A model generated the notes under the pieces. It was not told the DNA's origin, searched no databases, and saw only the letters and a list, made by a program, of their open reading frames with translations. Shown here in pieces: positions 39,641-54,941 of a stretch of DNA of 64,000 nucleotides; within the stretch, counting starts at the first letter, position 1; each line of letters begins with the position of its first letter. The DNA is taken from the NCBI RefSeq assembly GCF_009914755.1, contig NC_060925.1. The stretch is one strand, 5' to 3'. Both the position numbers and the translations under genes were made by a program. Origin of the DNA: the human T2T-CHM13v2.0 reference genome, Homo sapiens.

Positions 39641-40101
39641 ATCACCAGAATCGTAGCTTGTCCTAACCAGTACAGTTTCTCAAAGGAACAAACTAACAAT
39701 GAACTGGAATTAATTTCTACTCAACCACTGATTTCTAGAATAAAGAACAATTCTCCTTTTTACAGGACAATTCTTCAAATACTTAAAGACTGTTTCTCCT
39801 TAGTTTTCTTCTTCCCATTAACCTCATTCCTTAATAATCAGCCTACTACTAGGGTACTCTCCTATTTTAATTTAGTCAAACTCTGATACCTGGGGTGGCA
39901 AATTATCAAACTTTACTGACACAAAGCTCTAAGGCAATACAAATACTTCTCTGGCATTCTATTCTCTTTGACACTAACAAGGATGAATTTCTCACCAGTG
40001 TGGATGGCCTTTTACATTTTTTTCACAGCCTTCTCAGAGTAGGCCCCAGCATAACTACATCCCTTCTAACAAACAATACTCAAAGCTCTTTCCAAGGGAT
40101 G

Positions 40102-40201
40102 GTTCAAAAGCAGTGTCAATGTCCACAGCAGAATGATGGCCATACCACTCAGTTCAAAAGCAGTGGCAATGCCCACAGAAGAATGATGGCCCCATCACTC
40201 A
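40102..40201. repeat. 50-bp tandem duplication (44/50 identical)
   Basis: gttcaaaagcagtg(t/g)caatg(t/c)ccacag(c/a)agaatgatggcc... at 40102 and 40152. Confidence 0.92.
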
Positions 40202-40675
40202 ACAGTCCAGGGTTGCATCTCTCATCAGGCCTTACTGCATCCTAAGGTAGAACCTTACACCATCAGTATCCTCCCCTGAAGCTATGAAAATAGGCAGATA
40301 TTTTCATTTCATTCATTCCCCCACCTTATAGAGGTAAGACTTGGCTAATTAAAAAAATACAAAAGCAGGTAAATGTAAATTGTTTATTTTAGAGGCCATT
40401 AGTTGCTTTTCTGTGAAGCAACAAGAAATCTTACTGACCAGGCTAATTTTTTAATGTTATGCTAATGTTGTATCCCTTCCATATTCTGTGTTTCATGGAA
40501 TATCAAGATGCCAAACAACCAGATAAAACTGACAACATAAACCACAACATCAGAGCTAGCAAGAGATGGGAGAATAAAATGGCTTGAATTACTAGGATGT
40601 AGAACTAAATGCTTGGAATGAAGCTAGTCTTCCTATCTTTAATTTTATAAAATCCCCTGAACACTAAGAATGGAT

Positions 40676-40728
40676 TTATAACTTAAGACAATGCCCTGGA
40701 TGGAAAATGGATAAGGATGATTTCATAC
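40676..40728 (-). CDS. NOTCH2: Intron-22 read-through tail of a short NOTCH2 isoform: (G)[16 protein letters not shown]
   Basis: In-frame continuation through the donor G|GTATGA to TAA at 40678-40676, giving 1235 aa in total; AATAAA at 40388-40383. Confidence 0.7.
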
Positions 40729-40861
40729 CCCGAGTGCCTGGTGGGCAAGAGCACTTGAAATGGTTCACAAGGTCAATACAGGTGCCTCCATTCTGGCAGG
40801 GCTGATTCTGGCACTCATCCACTTCATACTCACAGTTGACACCCTGATAGCCTGGGACACA
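40729..40861 (-). CDS. NOTCH2: NOTCH2 exon 22 (133 nt; EGF)
   Basis: TGGCAG|TGT...CGGG|GTATGA; [44 protein letters not shown]. Confidence 0.97.
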
Positions 40862-42538
40862 CTGCCATGAGGAAACAAAAAGGACAAGAAATATTGGACC
40901 ATTACTGGAAACAGACCACGAGAGCTAGTGAGATCTGGAACATTTCTGTGACTGTCTCCCACCTCCTAATTTAGCTTTTGTATGTTTTCTCTGGAACCAT
41001 CACACTCTCTGCTAATCATTCTATGCAGGGACAGAAAACCTGCAGCTTACTGGCATTTACCTACTCCTCTTTCAGTTGAAAAAGGCACTTTAAAGGGAAG
41101 GCAAGGACTGAATACAATGAAGGATGTTTCAGATTTGACTTGTGTGCAAACCTTTTGTTCCTCCTGGGTACAGGTTTCCTCATCTTTAAAATACACATTC
41201 CTCCGTATGTGATGAGGACCCTATGACTCGGTCAAAAGGCATATGTGGATGGTAGTACAGACATGCAATTATTGATCTCCAGGTTTAGGAAATTGGATCT
41301 ATGTGTGAGAAACTGGTTGAGATAGGCTTAGGGGTAGAGGGAGGTGGGGCTGGCTGGCTGGCTGTGGTGGCTGTAGGGGTTGGAAGGATTTCAGGGCTGA
41401 CCAAGAAAAAAGATATGGCTGTGAGGTGGCTTTATTTGGACACTTTGACAGGTTTGCACCTGGGAGAAGTCCCAAATAGCATGAGACCTTCCAGAGGGGT
41501 AGGTGAGTAAGGGGAAGACAGCAAGTAAACTCTGGGAAAGAAGGATCAGAGAAGGAGTCTAGGTGATGTCACTCAACAGCCAGTGGCAGGAATCTCTGGG
41601 TCAGAGAGCTCTAAAGGCCAGCATCAGCCTGGGGTCTGTATGGCCCCAGGGTATATCTTGTCCTACTTATACTATGGCTAGCAGATTTTGGCTGCAGTTT
41701 TACAGGCTATGCAAAGCAGGCAAGCTCTAAATAGCTAAAAATCTGCTTATTTGGGGGCTATGTTTAAAACAACTAGATGTGTCAAAATTTGGGTTTGGCA
41801 CTGGTAGGCTTTTGAGCTAATGAGACCCAGCCCCAGCCTGCTGTGAAGAAATAAACAACCTAGGGGCCAAAATACAGAAGCTATCGTTGGCTCATTTATA
41901 TAACAATAGAGAAGCAAAGCTTTTCTCAGTGTTGCTTGATGGTTTGAATTGGTATCAAATTAATGTCTCAGGCATTTTGCTAATATCTTGCTTGCTCTAA
42001 CCATTATCAGCCCAGACATTAAAATAGTGACATGTACCTTGAAGACACATACTTCCTCAAATATATACATGTAACGTTTAGCATGATGCTATGGGGAACA
42101 GGATGAGCAACATTTTTTTTTTTTGAGAGAAAATTGCTAGTTGACTGATTAATGACTAAATACAAAGGTGACAGGGGCCAAAGGGACACTCCACAAAGCA
42201 GTTTTTCCTATCTCAGCTGCTATTCAGGGAAGTGTGGACTGCTATGTTGGGTGGGCCTGTAAAATGCACTCTGGTAGTGACTCTTGGCTCTGAATCCTAA
42301 AAGCAAGCCTAAGGAGCTGGGATGGTTCCAGACGCCTATAAAAATATCATACTAGGGACCTGTTAACTTATTGCACAGAGAGGCTGAAAGAAACAGTGGT
42401 AAACATTATGACGGGGATTGGTAAAAATCTATAAACTATCAATATAAGATACAAGCAGCTAAATTCAATATATCAGTGCTCAAACAGTTGTACAATCTCC
42501 TGGGAGGTCCATGACCTCTGCTTGCTCAGTGTCCTCAC

Positions 42539-42723
42539 CTCGCATCTGTATCCACCAATGAAGTCACTGCATGTTGCCCCGTGCTGGCAGGGGTTGGACG
42601 CACACTCATCGAGTTGCTCCTCACAGTAGCTCCCAGTATAGCCCAGGGGGCACTGACAGTAATGCGTGTTGCCAGCATTGATGCAGACACCTGAGTGCTG
42701 GCACAAGTGTTCAACAAGCACAC
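42539..42723 (-). CDS. NOTCH2: NOTCH2 exon 21 (185 nt; EGF)
   Basis: TCCCAG|GT...GAG|GTGAGG; [24 protein letters not shown]. Confidence 0.98.
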
Positions 42724-43113
42724 CTGGGAAACCCAGTGAGGGAGAAATGTCATAGAAGAACATGTGACACATGGGGTTCAAATCAACCAATGAGCAAGTA
42801 AATCTAAACTGGCTGACACATCCAATCTTATTCTTAGCCAGTTCTTCACAACCCTCAGTACCAGATGCATATTAAAAATAAACCCTGAAAGTGGAATATA
42901 CCTTAGTTTCATTTCAAATACATTCTTCTCCGAATCTCTGAACCTATTCCTCTACCCTTACACCTTCTGTCTTGAGCCCTTTCCCCAGAGCCCTGCCCAC
43001 CCACTACTATCTGCCCTTCCCTCTTATCCCACAAAAAAATGATACCTTCTCTAAATGCCACTGGACAGTCAATACTGCAGTGAATGACCTGAGCCCAAGG
43101 GAGCAAAGCTTAC

Positions 43114-43267
43114 CTCTCCTGGAGGCTGCTATGTCACAAGAGACATTGGGCACGTCACAATAGGCACCAGCCCATCCAGATGGACATAGGCACTGGGACT
43201 CTGCTTTTTTCTGAACGCAAGTACCTTTGTTTTTACATGGAGACCGACTGCAGAGATTCACCAGGGT
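43114..43267 (-). CDS. NOTCH2: NOTCH2 exon 20 (154 nt; EGF)
   Basis: TTTCAG|ACC...AGAG|GTAAGC; [17 protein letters not shown]. Confidence 0.98.
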
Positions 43268-43454
43268 CTGAAACAGAGGCAGGGGTGTACATACATCAAA
43301 ATTCAAATACTAGAAATGAAGAAAAGAAGTTATATTGTGTTACAAGAAATCAAAGAAAAGCAAACTGATTAAAAAGAAAAAGAGCCTTCATCTAGTAAAA
43401 GAGCCCTTAAACTAGATTCAGTGTTCCGAGGTACACCTAACCATTTTTACGTAC

Positions 43455-44517
<1,063 letters not shown>

Positions 44518-45811
44518 TAGTCTAATTCCTCTTAGGTCTTCTATTTAAAAAGTTCTTACCAAAAAAGTTTAAAAATTCAGGGAAACCCAACAGGTTAAGC
44601 TATTCCCAATGCTCTAGACATGATTTGCCTACATGTATAGCCACCCTGTAATGCTAGAAAGAAAGAGTTAAAGCTGTCAGACAGGTTCATACTTTCTGTG
44701 CTAATCCTGTGTGAGAAATCCACATGGGTCTTGACCAAATCTATCTTTGGTGAATATGGGTAAAAGGACTTAATGCCTGTTAATAAGCCTAAAACCGTTT
44801 AAGAGCTTATTTCTAAGGAAGGCAATCAGACTTATGAAAAATCTGAAGCAAAGAGTGCACAAGGACTGGCACCTTTCATCTTAATTCACACACGGAGTGG
44901 CTTGGCCCCTTGAGGAGAGGAAGGCCAAATTCACAATATAGACAGTTTGCTGGAGGAAGGGAGGAGTGCTTCACCAGCACTGCCAATCTACACTGTGAGA
45001 ACAAATAGGAGCCCAACCAAAAATGCTCTCGTGATCCATGGAATCAGCAACAAGCTGCTTAATTTTGTGGAGGTGGGTGCTCACATGTCTAATATAGCCT
45101 AAGCCTTACTTAAGTGCGCCCTGTAAGTCAAGTTAAGTTTGGCCATTTATTCCTATGTTCTTTGGAGTTATTATTCTATCACTATTAAAGAGGTAGAATA
45201 ACATTAAATTAAACACAGGGCTGTTTGGTATGCAACTTTGGAAAAGTTACTTTGCCCCTCTGGGGCTGTTTCGCCTTCCATGAAATCGAAGGTTAGATTA
45301 GTTGCCTATAAGGGCTCTTTCCATTCTAAAATTTAATGGAAGTGTGTATTTACATATTTGAACTTAAAAGATATGTAAATTGTTTGGTTTTGAGAATGTT
45401 ACCACATTGCAAGATACAACAATTATCATTATTAAACACTTAGATGTTGCATCTGACCTTTAAAAGGTTATTTTGATTATTCTCTATTTTCTTCAGTTCT
45501 TTTTGTGCTTCCAATGTAAAAAACAAAAAAACAAAAAACACAAAACAAAAATCTGTGTTTATTTCCCACATGTATTTTTCTGCAGTTCTTGGTTAGCCTC
45601 TTTTCAAGATCTTATGTTTGTGAATCTATATCATATTGCCAGCACCATTTTGGAATCTGCAAGTTATTAAGAAGTTACCTAGATTATCTCAGGGAATCCC
45701 TGAGATCCACAATTTTCTCTTTTAGAAGGAACTTATTCAGACTAGAAAGTGAACAGGTATAATATTCAGCTGCTCTAGGGGAGCTGAGTGAATGGGAAGG
45801 AAGTCAATTAC

Positions 45812-46013
45812 CTGACAGTTTTTCCCAGTGTAGCCCAGGGGGCAGCTGCAGCGGTAGGTACCCAGGCCATCAACACACGTTCCCTCATTCAGGCATGGAT
45901 GAGAGCTGCATTCATTGATCTCATGGAGGCAGAAGGATCCAGTGAAACCCACAGGGCACAAGCAAGAGAAGGAGTTAATCCCATCAACACATGTGCCACC
46001 ATTGAAACAGGAG
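45812..46013 (-). CDS. NOTCH2: NOTCH2 exon 19 (202 nt; EGF)
   Basis: TCTTAG|C...CAG|GTAATT; [19 protein letters not shown]. Confidence 0.98.
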
Positions 46014-46782
46014 CTAAGAAGCAAACAGAGCAACATCAGCTATGTATCTGGTGCCTGTGACTTACTACTACAAAGTAAGATTTCTGGAATCTAAGATCAT
46101 ACAGAGGCAAATACCTCTGAGCAACCCATATCCCTTAAACTTTCTTACAAGCTAGATTGGGTGCCAGAAGCTCTGAGGTGCCCACTTCCTTTCTATAATC
46201 AAAGGCTTAGAAGTATTTAAAAGACTGAGCTTACTATAGATACCTACAGAAAATGAAGTTTTCTAGGTTTTACCCAGTCCTTCTGTAGTTTTCCCATGTA
46301 TCACATTTCATTTTATCTCTAAGTCAATTTAATTTATTTGAAAAGTCCTATTCACTATAGATTATTTATAAAAGACAAATAGAACAAACATGCTCATAAT
46401 ATTATAAAAAGAAATGAAACAAAACTCCCAGAAATTACTTAAAGACTAGTAACAATTCCAATCTCTGCAGAAAAACTGGAATTTTTGGATTTTTGAAATG
46501 AATGAGAGGCCAAGGGAAGAACAGAACAAAATTATAGCTCTTTCTGTTCCCTAAGCAAGAAATAATAAACCATCCCTATAAACTTTGCAACCTCTGACCT
46601 TTAACTTTCTATTATATATGTTTATCAGGAACCAGTAACCGGGCAATAGGAGATGACTGTGGACTGGGATCCATGTGGACACCTCATCCCTGCTCCACAA
46701 TTCTAGCATTGTGCTCTGAAATTTCCTTCCCTTTCTCCCTTTCTCTCGTAAGATGCTGATGCCCGAGGGACTGGTTGCTCAC

Positions 46783-47011
46783 CTCTCAGTGCACTCATTG
46801 ATGTTGTTCTCACAATGGACTCCATCAAATCCTGCCTGGCACTTGCAAGTGTAACTGTTGACGTAGTCAGAGCAGGTCCCTCCATTCTTACAGGGTTCAC
46901 TCAGACACTCATTCATGTCTGTCTGGCACTTATCCCCAGTGAAACCCGGAAGGCAGAGGCAGGAGAAAGTATTCACTCCATCCATACAGGAACCTCCATT
47001 CTGGCAAGGAT
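46783..47011 (-). CDS. NOTCH2: NOTCH2 exon 18 (229 nt; EGF)
   Basis: GCTTAG|AT...GAG|GTGAGC; [19 protein letters not shown]. Confidence 0.98.
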
Positions 47012-48111
47012 CTAAGCCATTACAAAAGAATTAGACCTCTGAAGAGTAGCATCAGTTTAATCTTAGATTCATAAAAGTGAATGACCTGAACTAAGTCATG
47101 CTGGGGGCAGCATAATTCTGACTTTTTCATTCAATTTTGCCAACTCCCTCATTTATGAAAATGAATTCAATAATACTTGCTTGAAGTTTTTAACCTGTTT
47201 ATTAATTGGAATAAACTTCATCTATGTCACCACCAACAGTTTTGTAAAATTAATAGTCATAAAACTTGCATTGGTCCCTCACACATTTGGAAATCAAATA
47301 TGTGCCCCAATACACAGAATATCAATCAATATTTTCAAAAGGTATATGTGATTGTGGAGTGTGTGGGGGAGGACAAAATACACATATTCATGTTTTTCCA
47401 GGCATATTAATTATATAATCTTCTCTCTCCCTTTCATTTCCATCTCCTCTCTCTCTCTTTTTCTCTCTCTTTTAGATTTCAGTAGCCTTATGAAACACAG
47501 TTTAAATAAAAATTGAAATATCACATAGCTTGATCTTGGAACACTTTATACTCATAGTAAGGAACCAACAAATTTTAAGCTACAGTCATGCCACGGCACT
47601 CTACAATTATATGCCATACAAATCAGAACAAGAAAAATAAGCTGTAGCTATGGCTCTTAAGGAACTTAAAAATATAATTGCAAAGACAGGTCATACATGT
47701 AAAATGAAAACTAAATACTAAACTAAAGGGTAATGTGACCTTTATTTTATTAGCGAAACATTTAATATACTTTATTCATCTCTTGAACTAATTCCCTTAT
47801 AAGACTCATCTGCAATCTCTATTAAAGCAATTGTAAAAATTGTTTCAGTTTTTCTTAACCACAGTACACAGCTACTATAATTTCCATAGCATCTTTCAGG
47901 AAACTCACCATCCATAATTTACTGAATTATTTTAAACTCATTGTAAATATTGTTGGTCCCACTTCATACAGAAAAATTTAAAAATACTCAATATTTTGAA
48001 TGACATGTTACTTAATGTGAGAAAGGAATACAAACAGCTTGATCTCACTCCCTAAAGTTCTCCATCAATTGTGCCTTGGATACTTTTTCACTATTTGTAA
48101 TACATCATTAA

Positions 48112-48385
<274 letters not shown>

Positions 48386-48559
48386 TGAGCTTCATGAAAA
48401 TAGAAACTAAAACTTATTTATCTTATCACTGCCGGCACCTAGCATGGTGGCCTCTATATGATAATCTGAAGTTATATATCCTGTAAATTAAGGTGCCATT
48501 ATTAATGCATTGTGATAATCTCATTTGAAGTTAAATCACTATACAAGTAACTAAGGATC

Positions 48560-51500
48560 GGTCAGTACATACATGTAATAAAACTATTAAGGCTGGGGGA
48601 AGAACCACCAGAAAGAAGTAGGCAGAATAATCCCTAGAGGTTTCACTGGGCTGAGAACAGCTCATGTTTATTCAATAAGAATGAAAAAAACCACGTGGCA
48701 GTAAGTAGAGTCCTGAGGGACCCCTGTTGTAGTAGTGAGCCATATTAGCCCTCAACTAAAGACTATTTTGGAACCAATTAACAAACCTTGAAGTAAGACT
48801 CTGAAGGATTGAACTATGTCCAAATAATTGAATATTTGAACAAAGCTCAAAAATGTTTTTTTAAAAAAGATTTTTAAAAAAATTCAGCATGGAACAATGT
48901 AAGATGGATGTCTAGCATCCAGTAAAAAGTTACCAGGCAGGCAAAGAAGCAGGAAATACATTCAAAATGAGTAGAAAAAATATGAACAGAAACATACTCA
49001 GGAATTTCTCATATGGTAGAAAAGTAGGTAAGGACAATAAAATATGGTCAATTATTATCAACTAGAAAACAACGATACTCAATATATTCAAGAAGGAAAT
49101 AAAAGCATGAACATGACAAAGAGGGAGGTAACGTTAAAAGAAAGACTTGAATTAAACTTCCACATATAAAAACATAATATCTGAGGGAAAAATATACTAA
49201 ATGAGATGAACAGTAAACGAGAAACTATAGAGGAAACAATTAGTAAACTTGAAAGTATAACAAAATAACTTCAAATAGTAAAATAATCCAAAATAAAACA
49301 CTAAGTGGAAAAAACACTGAAAAATAAATAAATCAACCTTGCAGCCTAATAAATGCATAATGAACATTATAAAAGGGAGACGCAAAAACTTTTGAAAAAA
49401 ATAATGGCTAAATATTTACCAAATAATGGTTAAAATATTTTCCAGACTTGGACCCATAACCAAAAATATCAGTAAACTCCAAACAGAAGAAACATAAAGA
49501 ACACTACACCAGGCTAGGCATGGTGGCTCACGCTGTAATCCCAGCACTTTGGGAGGTCCAGGTGGACGGATAACAAGATCAGGAGATCAAGACCACCCTG
49601 GCTAACACGGTGAAACCCCATCTCTACTAAAAATACAAAAAATCAGCCGGGCGTGGTGGCGGGCACCTGTAGTCCCAGCTACTTGGCAGGCTGAGGCAGA
49701 AGAATGGCGCAAACCCAGGAGGCGGAGCTTGCATTGAGCCAAGTTCACGCCACTGCACTCCAGCCTGGGCGACAGAGCGAGACTCAGTCTAAAAAAAAAA
49801 AAAAAAAAAAAAGACCACCACACCAACAGGCATTATAATCAAGTTGGTAAAAATCAGTGGAAAGAGGATATCTTAAAAGCAGCCACAGGAGAGAGAATTA
49901 TATATGAAGGAACAGATAAAAGAATTGTGGAATAACAGCAGATTTCTCCTCAGAAATAATGCAAGGAAGAAGATAATAGGATAGCTTTAAAGTGCTGAAA
50001 GAGAAAGTCAATTTAGAATTCTCCTCCCTGTGAAAATATCTTTGAAAACTAAAGCAAAATAAAAACCTTTCTGACACACAAAAACAGAAAGACTTCATCA
50101 CCAGGAGACAAAGACTACACAAAATATTCAAGGGATTTTTTCAGACAGAAGGAAAATGATACCTGATGGAAACACAAATCTACATAAAAGAATAAAGACC
50201 AATAAGACTTGAAAATACGTAGGTAACTTAAAGACTTTTAAATTATTTTTCAAATATCTTGAAAAAAATTGACCTTTTAATTACATATTTGATGGGTTTA
50301 ATGCTATATACATTTTATAACAACAATAGAAGAGAGGCCAGGAGGAATGTAAATGTGAGTGTACAGCTCTTCTCCTCTATATGAAGTGGTACGATTGAAG
50401 GTACATTATAATAAGTTAAAGCTGCACACCAGTAAACCCTACAATAACTACTAAAAAATATGTAACCAATATGGTAGTGAATATAGATAAAGTTTTGAAA
50501 TTTATGTATGTAGATAAAATGTAATCATAAAAATACTCAATTATTTCAAAAGATGTCAGAAAAAGGAAAATGGAAACAATACACAGAAGAACAAAGATAA
50601 AGCAAACAGCAAGATGGCATATTTTGAAGCCAGCCATATAAAAACTACATTAAATTTAAACAGTCTAAATACCTGAATTAAAAGATAGACACCATCATAC
50701 TGGAGAAAAAAAGACAAGACCCAATATACGCTCTCTACAAGAAACCCATTTTAGAGAAACAGGCCAGAAGTAAAAGGATTTTTAAAAACACACTCTAATA
50801 ATAAAATAAAGCTAGAGTAGCTATATCAGTATCAGGCAAAGTAGACTTCAGAGAGAGAAATATGACAAGAGTTTAAAAAGGCCATTTCAAAATGATAAAT
50901 GGGTCAATTCCTCAAAAGGACATAAGAACCCTAAATGTTTATGCACTTAAGATTAGAGTTTCAAAATTCATTAAGCCAAAACAAATAGAATTACTAGAGA
51001 AACAGATGAATATACAATGATAGTAAAAGATTTCAATACTCTTGAATAAGAAGTAAACAGAAAGCCTCCTTATTATATTCTATGAATAATAAGTAGACAG
51101 AAAGTCATAGAGGACATAAAAGACCTGAATAACACTACCCTATCCAATTTGAATTAATAACATTTATAGAACACTGTATGAAAAAAATCTGCAAAACAGA
51201 CATTCTTCCCTTTCAAAGAAAGAAGAGACAAATTACCAATAGTAGAAACAAGAGAAGGAAACCATCACAGATCTAATAGACTATTAAAGCACAGTAAGGA
51301 AATGTTATAAAACAAATTGATGTTATGTCAACAAATTTGACAAAACAGGTGAATTGGACTAATTCTTTGAAAGACAGATATTACCAAAGCTCAATTAAAA
51401 ACAGATAGCCCATATGGCACTTATATGTATTAGGAAAACCAAACTTGTAGTTAAAAACTTTCCCAGAAAGAAGGTTCCATGTCTATATATTTGGAAGAAA

Positions 51501-53412
51501 ACACACCAGTTCTACACAAACTCTCCCAGAAAGTAGAAAGAAAAACACTTCCTGATATGTTCTATGAGGACAGCATTGCCCTCTTATCACAACCAGACAA
51601 TGGTAGTCCAAGAAACCTGGAGAACAATATCCTTCATGAACACAGATATAGAAATCCTTAACAACATTTTGGCAAATCAAATCCAATAATTCATAAAAGG
51701 AATAACACATAATGACCAAGTGGAATATAGCCCATAAATTTAAGATTAGCTTTTAACATTTGCAAAATGTTAAATAAAGTTGATGACAATTTACTTACAT
51801 TAAAAGACCAAAAAATAATATCACCATGTCAACAGATGTAGAGAAATCAATTGCACACCAAAAAATCAACATTCATTCATTATAAAAATACAAAAAGACC
51901 TCTTAAAAACCAGAAGTACAAGGTCTCTCAATTTGATAAAGGGCCTTTATGAAAACCTATAGGTAACATCTCACTTAATGGTAAAAGACTACATACTTTT
52001 CCCCTAGGATCAAAAACAAGGTAAGGCTTCTCTCACCACTTCTATTCTGTATTTATTGAAGATCTTAGTACAATAATACTAAAATAAATAAAAGGCATAC
52101 AGGGTTGAAAAGAAATTAAAAGGCATAAGGGTTATTTATAGACAGGATGATTGTATCTGTAGAAAATCCTAAGAATCTAAACTATCTAGAGGCTAACCTA
52201 CGAACCTACAACTAATAAGAAGTTAGTTTAGTACAGTAAGAAAACAAAATTAAACTTGACTTTTAAGTCACACAATATGTAAAAATTAACTCAAAACAAA
52301 TCATAGGCCAAAATGTAAGAGCTAAAATTACACAACTTTTAGAAGAAACCACAGTAGATAAACCTCAAATTTGGATTAGGTGAAGATTTGTTAAACAAGA
52401 TACATGAAGCATGAACTATAAAGGAAAAACATGCATACACTGAATTTCATCAATGTTAACATTTTCCTCTTCAAAAGAAAATCAAAAGAGAAGCTATAAA
52501 TTGGAGGGAAATCATTGGGAAGCAAATACCTGTCAAAGAATTCTTATTTAAAAATACAAAGAACTCTTTCAACTCAAGAAGACAACCTAATTATTTCAAA
52601 TGGGCAAAAAATTTAAATAGACATTTCACCAACGAAGATAGGCAGATGGGCAAAGCACACGAAATGATGCTTAACATCATTGGCAGAGAGAATAATACAA
52701 ATTAAAATCACAATGAAATACCACTCTACACCCACTAGAAGAGCTAAATTTAAATGATATCACCAAGAGTTTGTGAGCATATGGTTCAAACAGAACTTTC
52801 ATACAATTCTGGTGAGAATGAAAATAGTACAACCACCTTGGAAAACATTCTGGCAATTTCTTAAAAAGTGAAACATACACTTACGACATGATTCACCGAT
52901 TCTACTCCTAGGTATTTACTCAAGAGAACTAAAACCATATGTCCACACAAAGACTCATTCATAGCAACTTCATTTGTAATATCCCCAAATTGGAAAACAC
53001 CCAAATGGCCATCAACCAATGAACTGTAATATGTCCATACAATGGAATACTGCAGAACAATAAACTAGAATGTACTATTGATATAAACAACATGGACGGA
53101 TCTCAAATACTATGTTCATTAAAACAAGTCAGAACCTCTCCTGACTTATGCTTATCTAACTGCATTTATATAAAATGATAAAATCTGCCAACTAATAATC
53201 TATAGTGACAGAAGGTAAAACTGTGACTCCACAGGCAAGAAAGAGAGAAGGTTAAATTGCAATGGGATGAAGATAGTTTTAGGGTGACAAATATGTTTAT
53301 TATTTTGGGTGATAGTTTCACTTACTATATGTCAAAATGTGCCAAATTGTACACTGAAAATATTTGCAGTTTAATGTACCTTAATTATACCTCAATAAAT
53401 CTGTTTTTTAAA
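48560..53412 (+). mobile_element. Large old L1 (L1MC/MD-type) relic, ORF1-ORF2-3'UTR with deletions, antisense to NOTCH2 in intron 17
   Basis: A-rich; acagcagatttctcctcagaaa, caggcaaagtagacttcaga, aaatgggcaaaaaatttaaatagacatttcacc, ends ttatacctcaataaa. Confidence 0.82.
49512..49812 (+). mobile_element. AluY inside L1
   Basis: ctggctaacacggtgaaaccc, gcggagcttgca, long polyA; degenerate TSD aaga(a/c)cac(t/c)acacca. Confidence 0.95.
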
Positions 53413-53670
53413 AAACACTATCATAGCATTGTCCTCACATTTTCAATGTTCACAAATTAAAGGGAATGCTTAAAATATATTCCACTGCCTCAATTCCCAA
53501 GGACACTAGCTTCAAAAGAAAGAGTTAAAACACTACTGTTAAATATGCTGGATAAATGACCGGTATGCCCAATGTCAGGCGTGAAAGGCGGCAGCCTCCA
53601 CTGGGCTCTCCTCTGCTCCCTGTGTGTTTTCCTCTCCTCTGGGGGCTTAAGAGCTGACTGGCATACTCAC

Positions 53671-53823
53671 TGGCAAGGCAGTCATCAATGTCCTCCTCAC
53701 AGTCCATACCACTGAAGCCTGGTGGACATTCACACATGTAGCTGCCCTGGGTGTTATGGCAGAGACCATGGTTCATGCAGGGCTTGGAGATACACTCGTC
53801 AATGTCAATGGTACACCGCTGAC
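53671..53823 (-). CDS. NOTCH2: NOTCH2 exon 17 (153 nt; EGF)
   Basis: TCCTAG|GT...GCCA|GTGAGT; [32 protein letters not shown]. Confidence 0.98.
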
Positions 53824-54263
53824 CTAGGAACACAGGGCCAATAAATGACCTAGTCCTTGGAAGCTGATTCCCACAAAAATCTACGCAGGACCTGAGCTTA
53901 GTTGGGGTGCATGGAGCTATTCCACAGACAAACTGGTTGGCCCCCTGCTTTAGGAAGTTCCAGGAAGACTTCTGTGGCCTAGGAAGTTGCTGCCAAGGTG
54001 CTTAAACTCCCTGAAGAATGAACATCATGGCTTGTGAGGCTTAGGTTGCAGCCTTCCAGCCGCTAGGGGGCCCCGAAGACAAGGACAATGGAAAGGCTTT
54101 CTAAGCCATTTCAAGTAGCAGCTCCTTTGCAAAACCTGTGTGCTCTTGACAAGATGGACAGGCCTCATAAGACCAGCAGGGCCTTCCATATGATCTGATA
54201 ACCTGACCACTTTGTTTAAAGTCAGAATGCATGTTCTTGGCTTCTCCACACCCATGTTCTTAC

Positions 54264-54383
54264 CTTGCCAGCCAGGAGCACACAAGCAAGTATAACTCTC
54301 AAAATTTGGTGACTCTTTGCAAACAGCAGCATTCTCACAAGGGTTTGGGGAACAGGGAGCCAATACTGTCTGACAATTCTTGC
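54264..54383 (-). CDS. NOTCH2: NOTCH2 exon 16 (120 nt; EGF)
   Basis: TTCTAG|GC...CAAG|GTAAGA; [24 protein letters not shown]. Confidence 0.98.
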
Positions 54384-54620
54384 CTAGAAAGTAAATGACA
54401 GAGTTTATGACAGATAAACAGGTAAGAAAACGAAAATTTTCCTTATCCCAAGGATGTTCTCTGAATTCAAGTCAAAAGTCCTGATTAAGAGGCTTTGAAA
54501 ATGGAGAAGCCCATGATCTTTCCAGCATTGGCTCTGATATTGTTAACTGTGTAACCTTGGGCAAGATAGTTAGGGACCTCCTACAACTGTGATTTTATGA
54601 ACTAGGCCTGTTAAATGTAG

Positions 54621-54941
<321 letters not shown>

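Noticed and set aside
41330-41385. G-rich stretch with (GGCT)n, possible G-quadruplex
   Set aside because: Fourth G-run is separated by a long loop; probably within a decayed LTR-like repeat
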